NCBI GenBank assembly: GCA_049599475.1
Contig: JBMYOQ010000113.1
Span: 1-10,367, forward strand
Source of the DNA: Opitutales bacterium
Lineage (GTDB): Bacteria; Verrucomicrobiota; Verrucomicrobiia; Opitutales; JABSRG01
Length of the DNA stretch: 10,367 nucleotides
Direction of reading: 5' to 3'
This document shows, piece by piece, positions 1 to 7,951 of this stretch. Both the position numbers and the translations under genes were made by a program. The first letter of the stretch is position 1; every line of letters starts with the position of its first letter. The notes under the pieces were generated by a model. It made no database searches, was not told where the DNA came from, and saw only the letters and a program-made list of their open reading frames with translations.

Positions 1-51
1 TACTCAAAAAACTAGAATATGCATAGACAACCCGACACAGTTGCTACCACT

Positions 52-75
52 CCTGCACTTCGAAAGTGTGGGTTT
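52..75 (+). terminator. Stem-loop downstream of mutL, possibly the terminator of a convergent plus-strand transcript
   Basis: CCTGCACT-TCGAA-AGTGTGGG followed by TTT. Two of the pairs are G-U and form only in the plus-strand RNA. The U tract is short. Confidence 0.3.
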
Positions 76-109
76 ACCAGAATAAACGAAAACACTTTTG
101 AGAAACCGT

Positions 110-1945
110 CTAAAAACTAAACCGCTGCTTAAACTCCCGATGTGTGACCTCTACATAAGTTGGGTTACCCTCGGGGTCTGTTAGCGGATTTTCGCAATCA
201 AATAGAGCCGACAGCAGCCGCTCCATAGCCGGCTGTGATAGGTCTTTCTCTCCTGGCTGGGCTGCGCGGAAACGGCTAGCAAAGCGCGCGAGCGACTCCG
301 CTGCTAAATTCTGTTTGCGCTCATCGAGCCGCATGCCGCCTTCTTGTATCCGTTGAATCAAATCGTTGATAAACGGCTCCACGTCGCGATCGTCCAACCA
401 GTTTGGGTAAGATGTAATGCGATAGAAATTACGCCCAAACTCCTCCACCGTGAAGCCCACTTTGGCGAGCAAGGCTGTCTGATCCTTTAGAAGCTGAGCA
501 GCCACCGGAGGGAGGTCCAAGGATAGCGGAATCAACAAGTCCTGGCTGAGCACATCTTCACTTTTGATACCCGACAGAATACGCTCATACAGGACACGCG
601 CTCGCGCACGTGGCGGATATAAGACGAGCAATCCTGACTTTGTCTCGAACAATCCAAAGCGATCCGAAAAAAGACCCTTCCAGGACCATCCAGAGTCAAC
701 CTCACTGATTGCACACGGCTCAGCAGACTCTTCAGATTGAGCAGGCACTGAAGATTGCACTCTCTCCGGTTGAGATACGACGACTCTGGGCATAGGAGCA
801 ACACTACGCTGGATCGGAGCCTCCGCCTCTACTTCCTTCTCAACCTCTACGGTTTTAACTTCACGAAGAATACTCGGGACAACGGGCGACGGAATGGATG
901 GCTCAGGAATCGCTTGTACTTTCTCAGCCTGCTCAAGCCATTCTCCTTTTTCTTTCCCCAAATCGCGCAAGACCTGTATCACTGATTCCATCACAAAACG
1001 ACGGAGATCTCCTTCGTTACGAAAACGCACTTCCCGCTTTGCTGGATGGACATTCACATCCACCGCAGAGGGGTCAATTTCAATCAATAAAAATGCCAGC
1101 GGATATCGCCCTTTGGGAATAAAGGTGTGGTAGCTTTCTACGAGTGCATAATATAAAATGCGGCTATCCACCGGGCGCCCATTCACCAAGGTAATCATCT
1201 CCTGGCGCGTAGAACGCGACACCCCAGGTTTTCCGATCAAGCCCTTTAGTGTGATCCCTGCCTCTTCAGCCTTTATATCTACGAGATCACGTGCCACACG
1301 ACGTCCCCAAATTTCTGCTACACGATCACGCAGCCCACGACAGACTGGCGACTGAAAGAGCGTTCGGCCATTTTCGATCAATACAAAGGCGCAATTAGGA
1401 TGCGCGACTGCGTATTGACGCATCATCTGCACGATATGAGCGGCTTCAGTATTATCCGCCTTCAGAAACTTGCGTCGAACCGGGACCGAGTTAAACAACT
1501 GCGCCACTTCGATCCGTGTTCCTGGAGGCATCCCGACCTCTCGGCGATGCATAATTTTCCCAGCATTTACGAGCACCTCACAGCCCACTTCAGAATCTTT
1601 AGGGCGCGTGCGTAAGGTAAATTTAGATACACTGGCAATCGAGGGCATAGCCTCCCCTCGAAAACCAAAACTCGTAATCGAAAACAAATCATCGGCTCCG
1701 CTAATTTTACTGGTCGCATGGCGTTCCAAACAAAGCAACGCATCATCAGGACTCATCCCGCTCCCATCATCCTCGACGCGAATGTACGATTTACCGCCGT
1801 TGCGAAACTCGACTTCTATGCGGGTCGACCCTGCGTCCAAGCTATTCTCCACGAGCTCCTTCACCACAGCCACTGGACGCTCGATGACCTCTCCAGCAGC
1901 TATCTGGTTGGCAACTTGATCAGGAAGAATACGTATGCGAGACAT
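110..1945 (-). CDS. mutL: DNA mismatch repair protein MutL (C-terminal endonuclease motifs degenerate)
   Basis: The N-terminal GHKL ATPase motifs are present: NQIAAGEVIERP, VKELVENSLDAG, DDGSGM, RHATSKI and the MutL signature SFGFRGEAMPSI. The transducer motif VDVNVHPAKREVRF, a Pro/Glu-rich linker and a C-terminal domain with QDLLIP follow. Confidence 0.98.
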   Translation of the reverse strand: MSRIRILPDQVANQIAAGEVIERPVAVVKELVENSLDAGSTRIEVEFRNGGKSYIRVEDDGSGMSPDDALLCLERHATSKISGADDLFSITSFGFRGEAMPSIASVSKFTLRTRPKDSEVGCEVLVNAGKIMHRREVGMPPGTRIEVAQLFNSVPVRRKFLKADNTEAAHIVQMMRQYAVAHPNCAFVLIENGRTLFQSPVCRGLRDRVAEIWGRRVARDLVDIKAEEAGITLKGLIGKPGVSRSTRQEMITLVNGRPVDSRILYYALVESYHTFIPKGRYPLAFLLIEIDPSAVDVNVHPAKREVRFRNEGDLRRFVMESVIQVLRDLGKEKGEWLEQAEKVQAIPEPSIPSPVVPSILREVKTVEVEKEVEAEAPIQRSVAPMPRVVVSQPERVQSSVPAQSEESAEPCAISEVDSGWSWKGLFSDRFGLFETKSGLLVLYPPRARARVLYERILSGIKSEDVLSQDLLIPLSLDLPPVAAQLLKDQTALLAKVGFTVEEFGRNFYRITSYPNWLDDRDVEPFINDLIQRIQEGGMRLDERKQNLAAESLARFASRFRAAQPGEKDLSQPAMERLLSALFDCENPLTDPEGNPTYVEVTHREFKQRFSF

Positions 1946-1963
1946 TAAAAAGCAGCCGAAATA

Positions 1964-2896
1964 TTACGCGTTGAAGATCGCCTCAGGGAGATAGGCTGAG
2001 ATAGTGGTCAGCGGTTGGTTGACTAGCTGGCTTACTTTCAAATCGAGGACCACGCTACACAAGACGTACGCTTGCTCCGGGGAGACTCCGATTCGGTCCA
2101 CTATGAATTCGATTGCTCGACGGACCGCGGCTTTGCAGGCCTCCCGAGGGTGTTCGTGAGACTCAATGAAAACGTGAAACGGCTTGGCCTGATAGCGCTC
2201 TAGTACAAGTGGCCCGGCTGCTACCAAATAAGGCCCCGCAAGCGGCTTATTCTTGATTAAATCGAGCTTAAAGGTCACCTGCATTGGAGCCTCCATACCA
2301 TTGATCGACACCTCCCCATCTCCTTGAGCTGCGTGACAATCTCCTGCGCACAATCCAGCACCGGGCACCAAAACAGGTAGATGCAACCGTGCTCCAGCGG
2401 TCAGATGGCGCACATCAATATTACCTCCGAATACTCCGGGAGGCCGCGTCCGGAATTCTCCCGGCTCCCCACGCTGTACTCCTATAATGCCGCAAAAAGG
2501 AGCAAGATCGAGGGTTACTCCCGGCATAGAGCGCGTTACATCTTTCTCCAGTTCCCAGTGGAAGAGGAAGTGTTCGCTCACAAAATCATCAAGTAGCCCC
2601 ATTCCTGGAATGATACTGGTCCAAGCATAGCCTCGATGCTGATAATTAAGGATATCCACCACGACTTGATCGCCCGGCTCGGCTCCATCGATAGCTATCG
2701 GGCCCGTAAGCGCATGGATTTTGGTAAAGTCGATTTTCCCGAATTCCGCGCCACTCATGCCTGGTTGCGCTTGATTATCGGAGGCATCATGCATGTCCAA
2801 GGTCACGGTATCTCCCGGAGCTACCGTGATTCTGGGCTGTACAGAATTGTCCCAACGATTCTGAATAATGGAGGTGTCGAGCGAGTAATGGGCCAT
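1964..2896 (-). CDS. Acetamidase/formamidase family (FmdA/AmdA) amidohydrolase
   Basis: Family motifs HALTGPIAIDGAEPGD, GGNID and GDCHAAQGDGEVS are present, with a C-terminal QAYVLCS. I prefer the ATG at 2896 to the GTG at 2905 because an SD-like AGGGTG lies 6 nt upstream of it. The gene ends 18 nt before the mutL start. Confidence 0.92.
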   Translation of the reverse strand: MAHYSLDTSIIQNRWDNSVQPRITVAPGDTVTLDMHDASDNQAQPGMSGAEFGKIDFTKIHALTGPIAIDGAEPGDQVVVDILNYQHRGYAWTSIIPGMGLLDDFVSEHFLFHWELEKDVTRSMPGVTLDLAPFCGIIGVQRGEPGEFRTRPPGVFGGNIDVRHLTAGARLHLPVLVPGAGLCAGDCHAAQGDGEVSINGMEAPMQVTFKLDLIKNKPLAGPYLVAAGPLVLERYQAKPFHVFIESHEHPREACKAAVRRAIEFIVDRIGVSPEQAYVLCSVVLDLKVSQLVNQPLTTISAYLPEAIFNA

Positions 2897-2980
2897 GAAG
2901 AACACCCTAGTCTTGTCAGTCGATTTGGCCAGCGGGAATCCCGTTTGTCTTAAACTTCATCTCACACCAAGCTTCGTCTC

Positions 2981-3021
2981 AAAAACTGACTCCAAAAACG
3001 CATGAGAGCGATGCCTGAGTC
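2981..3021 (-). terminator. Possible weak intrinsic terminator after the MFS gene
   Basis: The minus strand reads GACTC-ag-GCAT-cgctctc-ATGC-gtttttg-GAGTC followed by AGTTTTT. This is an interrupted stem with a short U tract just after the MFS stop. Confidence 0.3.
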
Positions 3022-3026
3022 CCCCC

Positions 3027-4385
3027 TCACGGTTCATCTTTACGCGTGTTCTTTAAAAATGGCATCGCAGCGATCGCTCGAAATGGTCGATTGATCCAGC
3101 TACTAATCGGAATGGCTCCCGATGCATTTGTTCCGACATTCTCCAAGCGCCCGAATAAGAAAATAAGTGCAGCTTGCACGCATACCACGAAACCCAGAAA
3201 GAAGGCAAAACGATCGGCCTCGAAGGCACCGCCCTCCCCTCGTAGCAAAGCACCCAAGGCCGTCGATGAGATTCCTGTAATGACGCCAACCAAGGTCGTC
3301 TGTAAGGCAATTCCTAGGGGACGTTCTTTGGAAGAAGTCAGTTGAGGCAGGTATTTGAAGTTCGCTGAAATGTAGCTCGATCCGGCAGCGCCGATCAATG
3401 GAAACAACAGGGGGCTCAGATAGATTAATTTCGTAAATCCAAGCATGATCAAAATCCAAACCGCCCCGTTTACCATGTTTAGGCCAATCGCCGTCCAATA
3501 AGGGATTCGGATATCCATTCGATCAATGCGGCTTCGCAGGATCGAGGCAGCGACAAATCCACCAAAATGCTGAAGTGCCGTGAAATAAAGTATCGGCACA
3601 TAGCCTATCCCCATCTCACGCTTCAGGTAGTATGCATAAAAGGGATACGCAGCACTCGTGAGGGCAAAATATGAGACATTTAGCCCGAGATAATATCCAT
3701 AACGCTTATCCTTTAAAATAAGCCTCGGTGCGATGCGGAAGATATCTCTTACGCTCGAAGGGGGAGGATTGGGCGCATTCGGCAATTTCGAAAGTGAGAT
3801 CACGGCCCCGATTGATCCGATGAGCGCTAAACCATATTGGAGCTGGATCGCAGTGTAAGTATCGACAAACAGAAAACAAGCGGCGCACAAGATGAGCGTG
3901 AACACGCCGCAGAAGCCAATAATGGTGAAATCGGTGGAGAAATATCGCCCCTGAAGATTTTCAGGCAGCATATCATACAGCCATGCGGGGACTACCATAC
4001 TGCCCATAGCTCGGAACAGGCAGAAAAAGAAAATCGAGGTCGCTAAGATCCCGATAGCCCAAAGATTTCCATGTTCAGGTTGCCAAATGGCTAAGCCCAG
4101 AGGCGGCAGAATAAAAATAGCACGGATACTCCAACACGCTACAGCCTGTGTCTTATAACCAATGCGCGGAGTAAAGGTGGTCGCCAAGACCTGAAACGGC
4201 AACATCAGGAAAACGAATGCATAGCACAAGCCCACCACAAGAGGCGATGCCCCCAGCTCTTCCGCCAACAGAATCATTGGCGTGCCGAGAACGACCAACC
4301 AGGTAAACCCGTTGAAAAACGCGAAGAAAAATCCCGCCCGATATGGCTTCAGGCTGAGATCATTCGCTGTGGGTTCCTCGGACAT
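3027..4385 (-). CDS. MFS transporter, substrate unknown
   Basis: 452 aa with about 12 hydrophobic segments in two halves. MFS-like loop motifs include WLYDMLPENLQGRYFS and YLPQLTSSKERPLG. A strong SD lies upstream. Confidence 0.85.
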   Translation of the reverse strand: MSEEPTANDLSLKPYRAGFFFAFFNGFTWLVVLGTPMILLAEELGASPLVVGLCYAFVFLMLPFQVLATTFTPRIGYKTQAVACWSIRAIFILPPLGLAIWQPEHGNLWAIGILATSIFFFCLFRAMGSMVVPAWLYDMLPENLQGRYFSTDFTIIGFCGVFTLILCAACFLFVDTYTAIQLQYGLALIGSIGAVISLSKLPNAPNPPPSSVRDIFRIAPRLILKDKRYGYYLGLNVSYFALTSAAYPFYAYYLKREMGIGYVPILYFTALQHFGGFVAASILRSRIDRMDIRIPYWTAIGLNMVNGAVWILIMLGFTKLIYLSPLLFPLIGAAGSSYISANFKYLPQLTSSKERPLGIALQTTLVGVITGISSTALGALLRGEGGAFEADRFAFFLGFVVCVQAALIFLFGRLENVGTNASGAIPISSWINRPFRAIAAMPFLKNTRKDEP

Positions 4386-4392
4386 CCGAGCA

Positions 4393-4400
4393 CTCCTCCC
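4393..4400 (-). promoter_or_regulatory. Shine-Dalgarno site of the MFS gene
   Basis: The minus strand has GGGAGGAG 7 nt upstream of the ATG at 4385. Confidence 0.7.
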
Positions 4401-4466
4401 ACAATTTATTTACATCTGCAAATAGCTTTTACGCTGAGGCAGACTCGGGAAACGATTCGCAGGCCT

Positions 4467-5048
4467 CTAATATCCGTCGGCCAACCAAAGCATCGCGAGC
4501 TTTGACTCAGTAGTAAGCTCGAGCTCGCCTTTCTCACGCTTCTCCATTGCCAGTGGAGAGAGCTCTAAGGTGTAGGCAATATCTTCAATGCTACCGATCT
4601 TAGCTCGTAAATTTGCGTATTTCCGATGCCCCATTTTCGGCACCTTCTTATACTTGGAGAGAGCTTGTAGAGCGAGGAGCGCCTCCTGTGAAATCGCCGA
4701 ATTGCCACCTTCACGCCGGCTCAAAACCCATTTAGTCACCTCAAGACGCTCAGCGACTTCGTAAATCGATCCCTGCTCTTCGCGAAGGGCCGCATATTCT
4801 TCCGGGGTGCATGCGTCTTGGGGTAAATTACACACAAGCTCAGTGAGCGCTTCACGGTTGTGTTGAGCTGCATGCAATTTGTGACCGTTTTTCCAGAATC
4901 GAACAGCGACTTTCGATACGCCAAGATAATCCGAAATGCCTTTAGTGGTCATTCGGCTATTCTCGACGATGTATTTTACCAGGGGTTGGAGGTCTTCATT
5001 CCCGGCGGTGTTTTTCCGCCAGCGGGGTTTAAATCGTACTTTTGCCAT
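4467..5048 (-). CDS. Putative DNA-binding protein with three tandem XRE/Cro-C1-like helix-turn-helix units
   Basis: Three units recur with a period of about 60 aa: ISDYLGVSKVAVRFWKNG, VAERLEVTKWVLSRREGG and IAYTLELSPLAMEKREKG. Units 2 and 3 align ungapped at 17/51 identical residues (hand alignment). The ORF fills the gap between nhaC and the MFS gene. Confidence 0.75.
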   Translation of the reverse strand: MAKVRFKPRWRKNTAGNEDLQPLVKYIVENSRMTTKGISDYLGVSKVAVRFWKNGHKLHAAQHNREALTELVCNLPQDACTPEEYAALREEQGSIYEVAERLEVTKWVLSRREGGNSAISQEALLALQALSKYKKVPKMGHRKYANLRAKIGSIEDIAYTLELSPLAMEKREKGELELTTESKLAMLWLADGY

Positions 5049-5088
5049 AGCGTTATCCGCATTAACCCACGGCTCATTTCGGTAGTAC

Positions 5089-5101
5089 TTTAGATTCTAA
5101 A
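5089..5101. promoter_or_regulatory. Palindrome TTTAGA-T-TCTAAA, candidate operator overlapping a -10-like TAGAAT on the minus strand
   Basis: A perfect inverted repeat with 6-bp arms lies 40 nt upstream of the triple-HTH start codon. It contains a minus-strand TAGAAT (5099-5094). Confidence 0.3.
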
Positions 5102-5162
5102 TGCGAGATATACCCTCAGAATTAGTGTTACGCCTTTGGAAGCCATGAAATCTCTACACACT

Positions 5163-6569
5163 TTAGGCTTTGCGCATCGTCCATCCGGTAAATCCGTAGA
5201 GTATAGACACCACAGGATTAATCAGATTAAACAGGCAAAACATCCAATAATCTCCAGTGGCAACGCCAAGAGCTGCCGTCATCGTGGCCCCGCATGTATT
5301 CCATGCAACGAGGGGTGAGGTCAGCGTGCCAGTATCCTCCAATACCCGAGACAAATTTACCGCGTGCAATTTCTTGGCTTCAAAAGCCTCGCGAAACATG
5401 CGGCCCGGCAGGATAATCGCGAGGTATTGATCCGCGGCCATAAGGTTGGTCCCGATGGCTGTGAGCGCAGTTGAAGAGACCAGACTTCCCCGCGATTTAG
5501 CGACCTTTAAAATGCTTTGCCCAATAGCCCTCAATTGGCCCGTCGACTCCATCAACCCACCAAAGGTAGAGGCACAGATAATCAATGAGATCGTCCACAT
5601 CATGCTATCCAATCCACCTTTGCCGAGGAGCTCGTCCAGACTCGCCAAACCGGTATCAGGCGTAAATCCCCCCTGGGCATACCCCAAAATCGCCGAGATT
5701 CCGTGCCCCTGAGGCCAAGCGGAAAATACAGCGCCCAATAGACCCCCGCAGAAGAGAGCCGGGATCGCCGGCACCCGCATTGCGACCATACCAAATACCA
5801 AAACCGGAGCCATCCACAGGAGAGGGCTCAGTGAAAAGTTGCTTTCCAACGCTTCTAGAATGAGCGGAATTTCCCCAAGGTCTGGCGCACTCCCCGATGC
5901 CCGACTTCCCAAGAACCAGAAACCGACAAGGGCTATCAAAAAGCTGGGACCCGTTGTAAAGATCATATGCTTAATGTGATCTACCAACTCCACACCTACG
6001 ACGGCCGGAGCCAAATTCGTGCTGTCCGACAAGGGTGACATTTTATCTCCGAAATAGGCTCCTGAAATAATTGCCCCGGCGGTCATTGCGGGCGAAATGC
6101 CGAGACCATTTCCAACACCGATCAATGCTATCCCGACGGACCCAGCCGTGGTCCAGGAACTACCTGTTGCCAGAGAAACCACGGAGCACAAGACACAGGC
6201 TGCTGGCAAAAATCCTTCAGGCGACAATACCCGCAGACCCGTATGAATCATCAACGGCACAACACCGCCCGAGATCCAAAGCCCGATCATGATCCCAATG
6301 AGCATCAGAATCAATATAGCGGGTAATACCACGGAGATACCCCGGACAATTCCAGCCTGCATTGTTTTCCAACTGTAACCGTGCTTCCAACCCACGAAAG
6401 CAGCCATCACAGCACCCAGGATAATCGGAATCCGCGGGTCATCCTCCAGTTCAATGATGACATAGCTCAGGCTTGAGATGAGGAAGATCACAGGAGCCAG
6501 AGCCCACCATAAGCCTGGAGTTTTTCCACCGTCACCGTCTTCTAAATGCGCCCGATCAATCTCTTCCAT
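5163..6569 (-). CDS. nhaC: Na+/H+ antiporter NhaC family transporter
   Basis: Signature motifs GSSWTTAGSVGIAL, AGAIISGAYFGDKMSPLSDSTNLA and LSRVLEDTGTLTSPLVAWN are present in a highly hydrophobic 468-aa protein. The family also includes amino-acid and malate transporters, so the substrate is uncertain. Confidence 0.92.
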   Translation of the reverse strand: MEEIDRAHLEDGDGGKTPGLWWALAPVIFLISSLSYVIIELEDDPRIPIILGAVMAAFVGWKHGYSWKTMQAGIVRGISVVLPAILILMLIGIMIGLWISGGVVPLMIHTGLRVLSPEGFLPAACVLCSVVSLATGSSWTTAGSVGIALIGVGNGLGISPAMTAGAIISGAYFGDKMSPLSDSTNLAPAVVGVELVDHIKHMIFTTGPSFLIALVGFWFLGSRASGSAPDLGEIPLILEALESNFSLSPLLWMAPVLVFGMVAMRVPAIPALFCGGLLGAVFSAWPQGHGISAILGYAQGGFTPDTGLASLDELLGKGGLDSMMWTISLIICASTFGGLMESTGQLRAIGQSILKVAKSRGSLVSSTALTAIGTNLMAADQYLAIILPGRMFREAFEAKKLHAVNLSRVLEDTGTLTSPLVAWNTCGATMTAALGVATGDYWMFCLFNLINPVVSILYGFTGWTMRKA

Positions 6570-6720
6570 TACATGCTATCAGCGAATCTTTTACCAATGT
6601 GCGGATAGAAGATCGAATTACTCTAAATTTGAGGGGCTAAGTCGTTTTTGAAAAAGTCCGAAGGTAGACTTCAGTGCTTGAGACAAATTCAGATTCATAC
6701 ATTTTGAATGAGGACTATTT

Positions 6721-7896
6721 ATGCGCGTAAGCATCATAACTGAGACCTTCCCTCCGGAGATAAACGGAGTCGCCATGACTCTCAATCGCGTCGCGCGTGG
6801 TCTTGTCGCGGAAGGGCATGAGGTGCTTGTCATTCGTCCCAAGCAACGCGATGACAAAGTCTCCGAGCATAAACATGTGTTCCGCGAAGTCTGTGTCCCC
6901 GGAATGCCCATCCCTGGATACCAGAGCCTGAATTTCGGTCTGCCTAGTGGTGGCAAAATACACACCGTCTGGAAAACTTGGCGCCCCGATGTCGTCTACA
7001 TCGCGACCGAGGGCCCACTCGGATTCTCTGCTATCGGTGCAGCCGACAAGCTTCAAATCCCGACGACCTCAGGCTTCCACACCAATTTCAACCAATATAT
7101 GGCCGACTATAACTTGCCCTTCTTAAAAGATGTGGCAGGCGGCTATCTACGCTGGTTTCACAATAAGACGCTCGCCACATTCGCCCCGTCTCCTGATACG
7201 ATCAGGGAGCTCGAAGCCCTCGGCCTGCTCAACCTGAGACTCCTTGGGCGAGGCGTGGACACTCAGCTGTTCACCCCAGAAAGGCGCTCTCGAGAATTGC
7301 GTGAAAGCTGGGGGGCAGGCCCGGAAGACCCAGTTGCAATTTACGTGAGCAGGATGGCTGCAGAGAAAAATTTGCCGCTCGCGATCGAGGCCATGGAGCA
7401 TTTGCGGAAGATCAATCCACGGACCCGCTGCGTTTTCGTAGGAGACGGGCCCGAGCGCGAAAACATGATCCGCAGGCACCCCGATTTTATCTTCGCGGGG
7501 ATGCGCCGCGATGAGGATCTCGCAGCGCACTACGCATCGGCAGATTTATTCATTTTCCCTTCTACATCAGAGACTTTTGGCAATGTCGTCACAGAAGCCT
7601 TAGCCAGCGGTCTAGTGGCTGTCGCGTTCAACTACGCGGCCCCCAAGCTCTATATAGAGAGCGGCGAGAACGGCTATTTGGTTCCATTTGGCGACGAAGC
7701 TGCGTTCGTGAAAGTATGCGAACAGTCTCTGCGGGAACGCGAGAATTGGCCGCAGATCAGGCAAGCCGCGAGGGAGACCAGCCTTGGCTTAGGCTGGAAA
7801 CGCATCATCGAAGGCTTCGTCGAAAACCTTCAGGAAGCTTCTGAACGCTTCGGATCCGGATCGAAACCTGAAGAGACCGCTGCTTTAAGCCACTGA
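6721..7896 (+). CDS. GT4 family (GT-B fold) glycosyltransferase, MgtA/PimB-like
   Basis: Contains N-terminal TETFPPEINGVAMTL, ATEGPLG, FHTNF, SRMAAEKN and the EX7E motif ETFGNVVTEALASG. An SD-like GAGGA lies about 6 nt upstream. Confidence 0.93.
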   Translation: MRVSIITETFPPEINGVAMTLNRVARGLVAEGHEVLVIRPKQRDDKVSEHKHVFREVCVPGMPIPGYQSLNFGLPSGGKIHTVWKTWRPDVVYIATEGPLGFSAIGAADKLQIPTTSGFHTNFNQYMADYNLPFLKDVAGGYLRWFHNKTLATFAPSPDTIRELEALGLLNLRLLGRGVDTQLFTPERRSRELRESWGAGPEDPVAIYVSRMAAEKNLPLAIEAMEHLRKINPRTRCVFVGDGPERENMIRRHPDFIFAGMRRDEDLAAHYASADLFIFPSTSETFGNVVTEALASGLVAVAFNYAAPKLYIESGENGYLVPFGDEAAFVKVCEQSLRERENWPQIRQAARETSLGLGWKRIIEGFVENLQEASERFGSGSKPEETAALSH

Positions 7897-7939
7897 AATG
7901 GAACAGGCCCCTTGCATCGCGAGTCATTGTCTGTAAACC

Positions 7940-7945
7940 TATAAT
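7940..7945 (+). promoter_or_regulatory. Consensus sigma70 -10 box (TATAAT) directly upstream of the DUF502 gene
   Basis: TATAAT at 7940-7945 ends 6 nt before the ATG at 7952, with no SD in between. Confidence 0.45.
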
Positions 7946-7951
7946 TCACTT

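Noticed and set aside
40..100. CACTTCGAAAGTGTGGG resembles the P2 region of a c-di-GMP-I riboswitch
   Set aside because: It lacks the preceding GGCAAA and the following ACGCAAAGC conserved elements, and it points into the 3' end of a convergent gene.
2897..3026. Possible riboswitch (guanidine type) or sigma54 promoter upstream of the amidase
   Set aside because: Only a small hairpin, CGGG-ATT-CCCG, is present. There are no tandem ACGR-loop hairpins, and the TGGC is not followed by GC at the GG-N10-GC spacing.
4467..5162. Toxin-antitoxin module or prophage remnant around the HTH gene
   Set aside because: There is no adjacent toxin-sized ORF, integrase, att repeats or phage genes, and the flanking gaps are only about 80 and 115 nt.
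6661..6712. ATTCA-N7-TGAAT inverted repeat and Pho-box-like TCA repeats upstream of the GT4 gene
   Set aside because: The arms are only 5 bp in an AT-rich spacer, and there is no clean 11-bp direct-repeat periodicity.
7899..7917. TGGAAC...TTGCAT looks like a sigma54 -24/-12 promoter
   Set aside because: The GG-to-GC spacing is 12 nt rather than the required 10.
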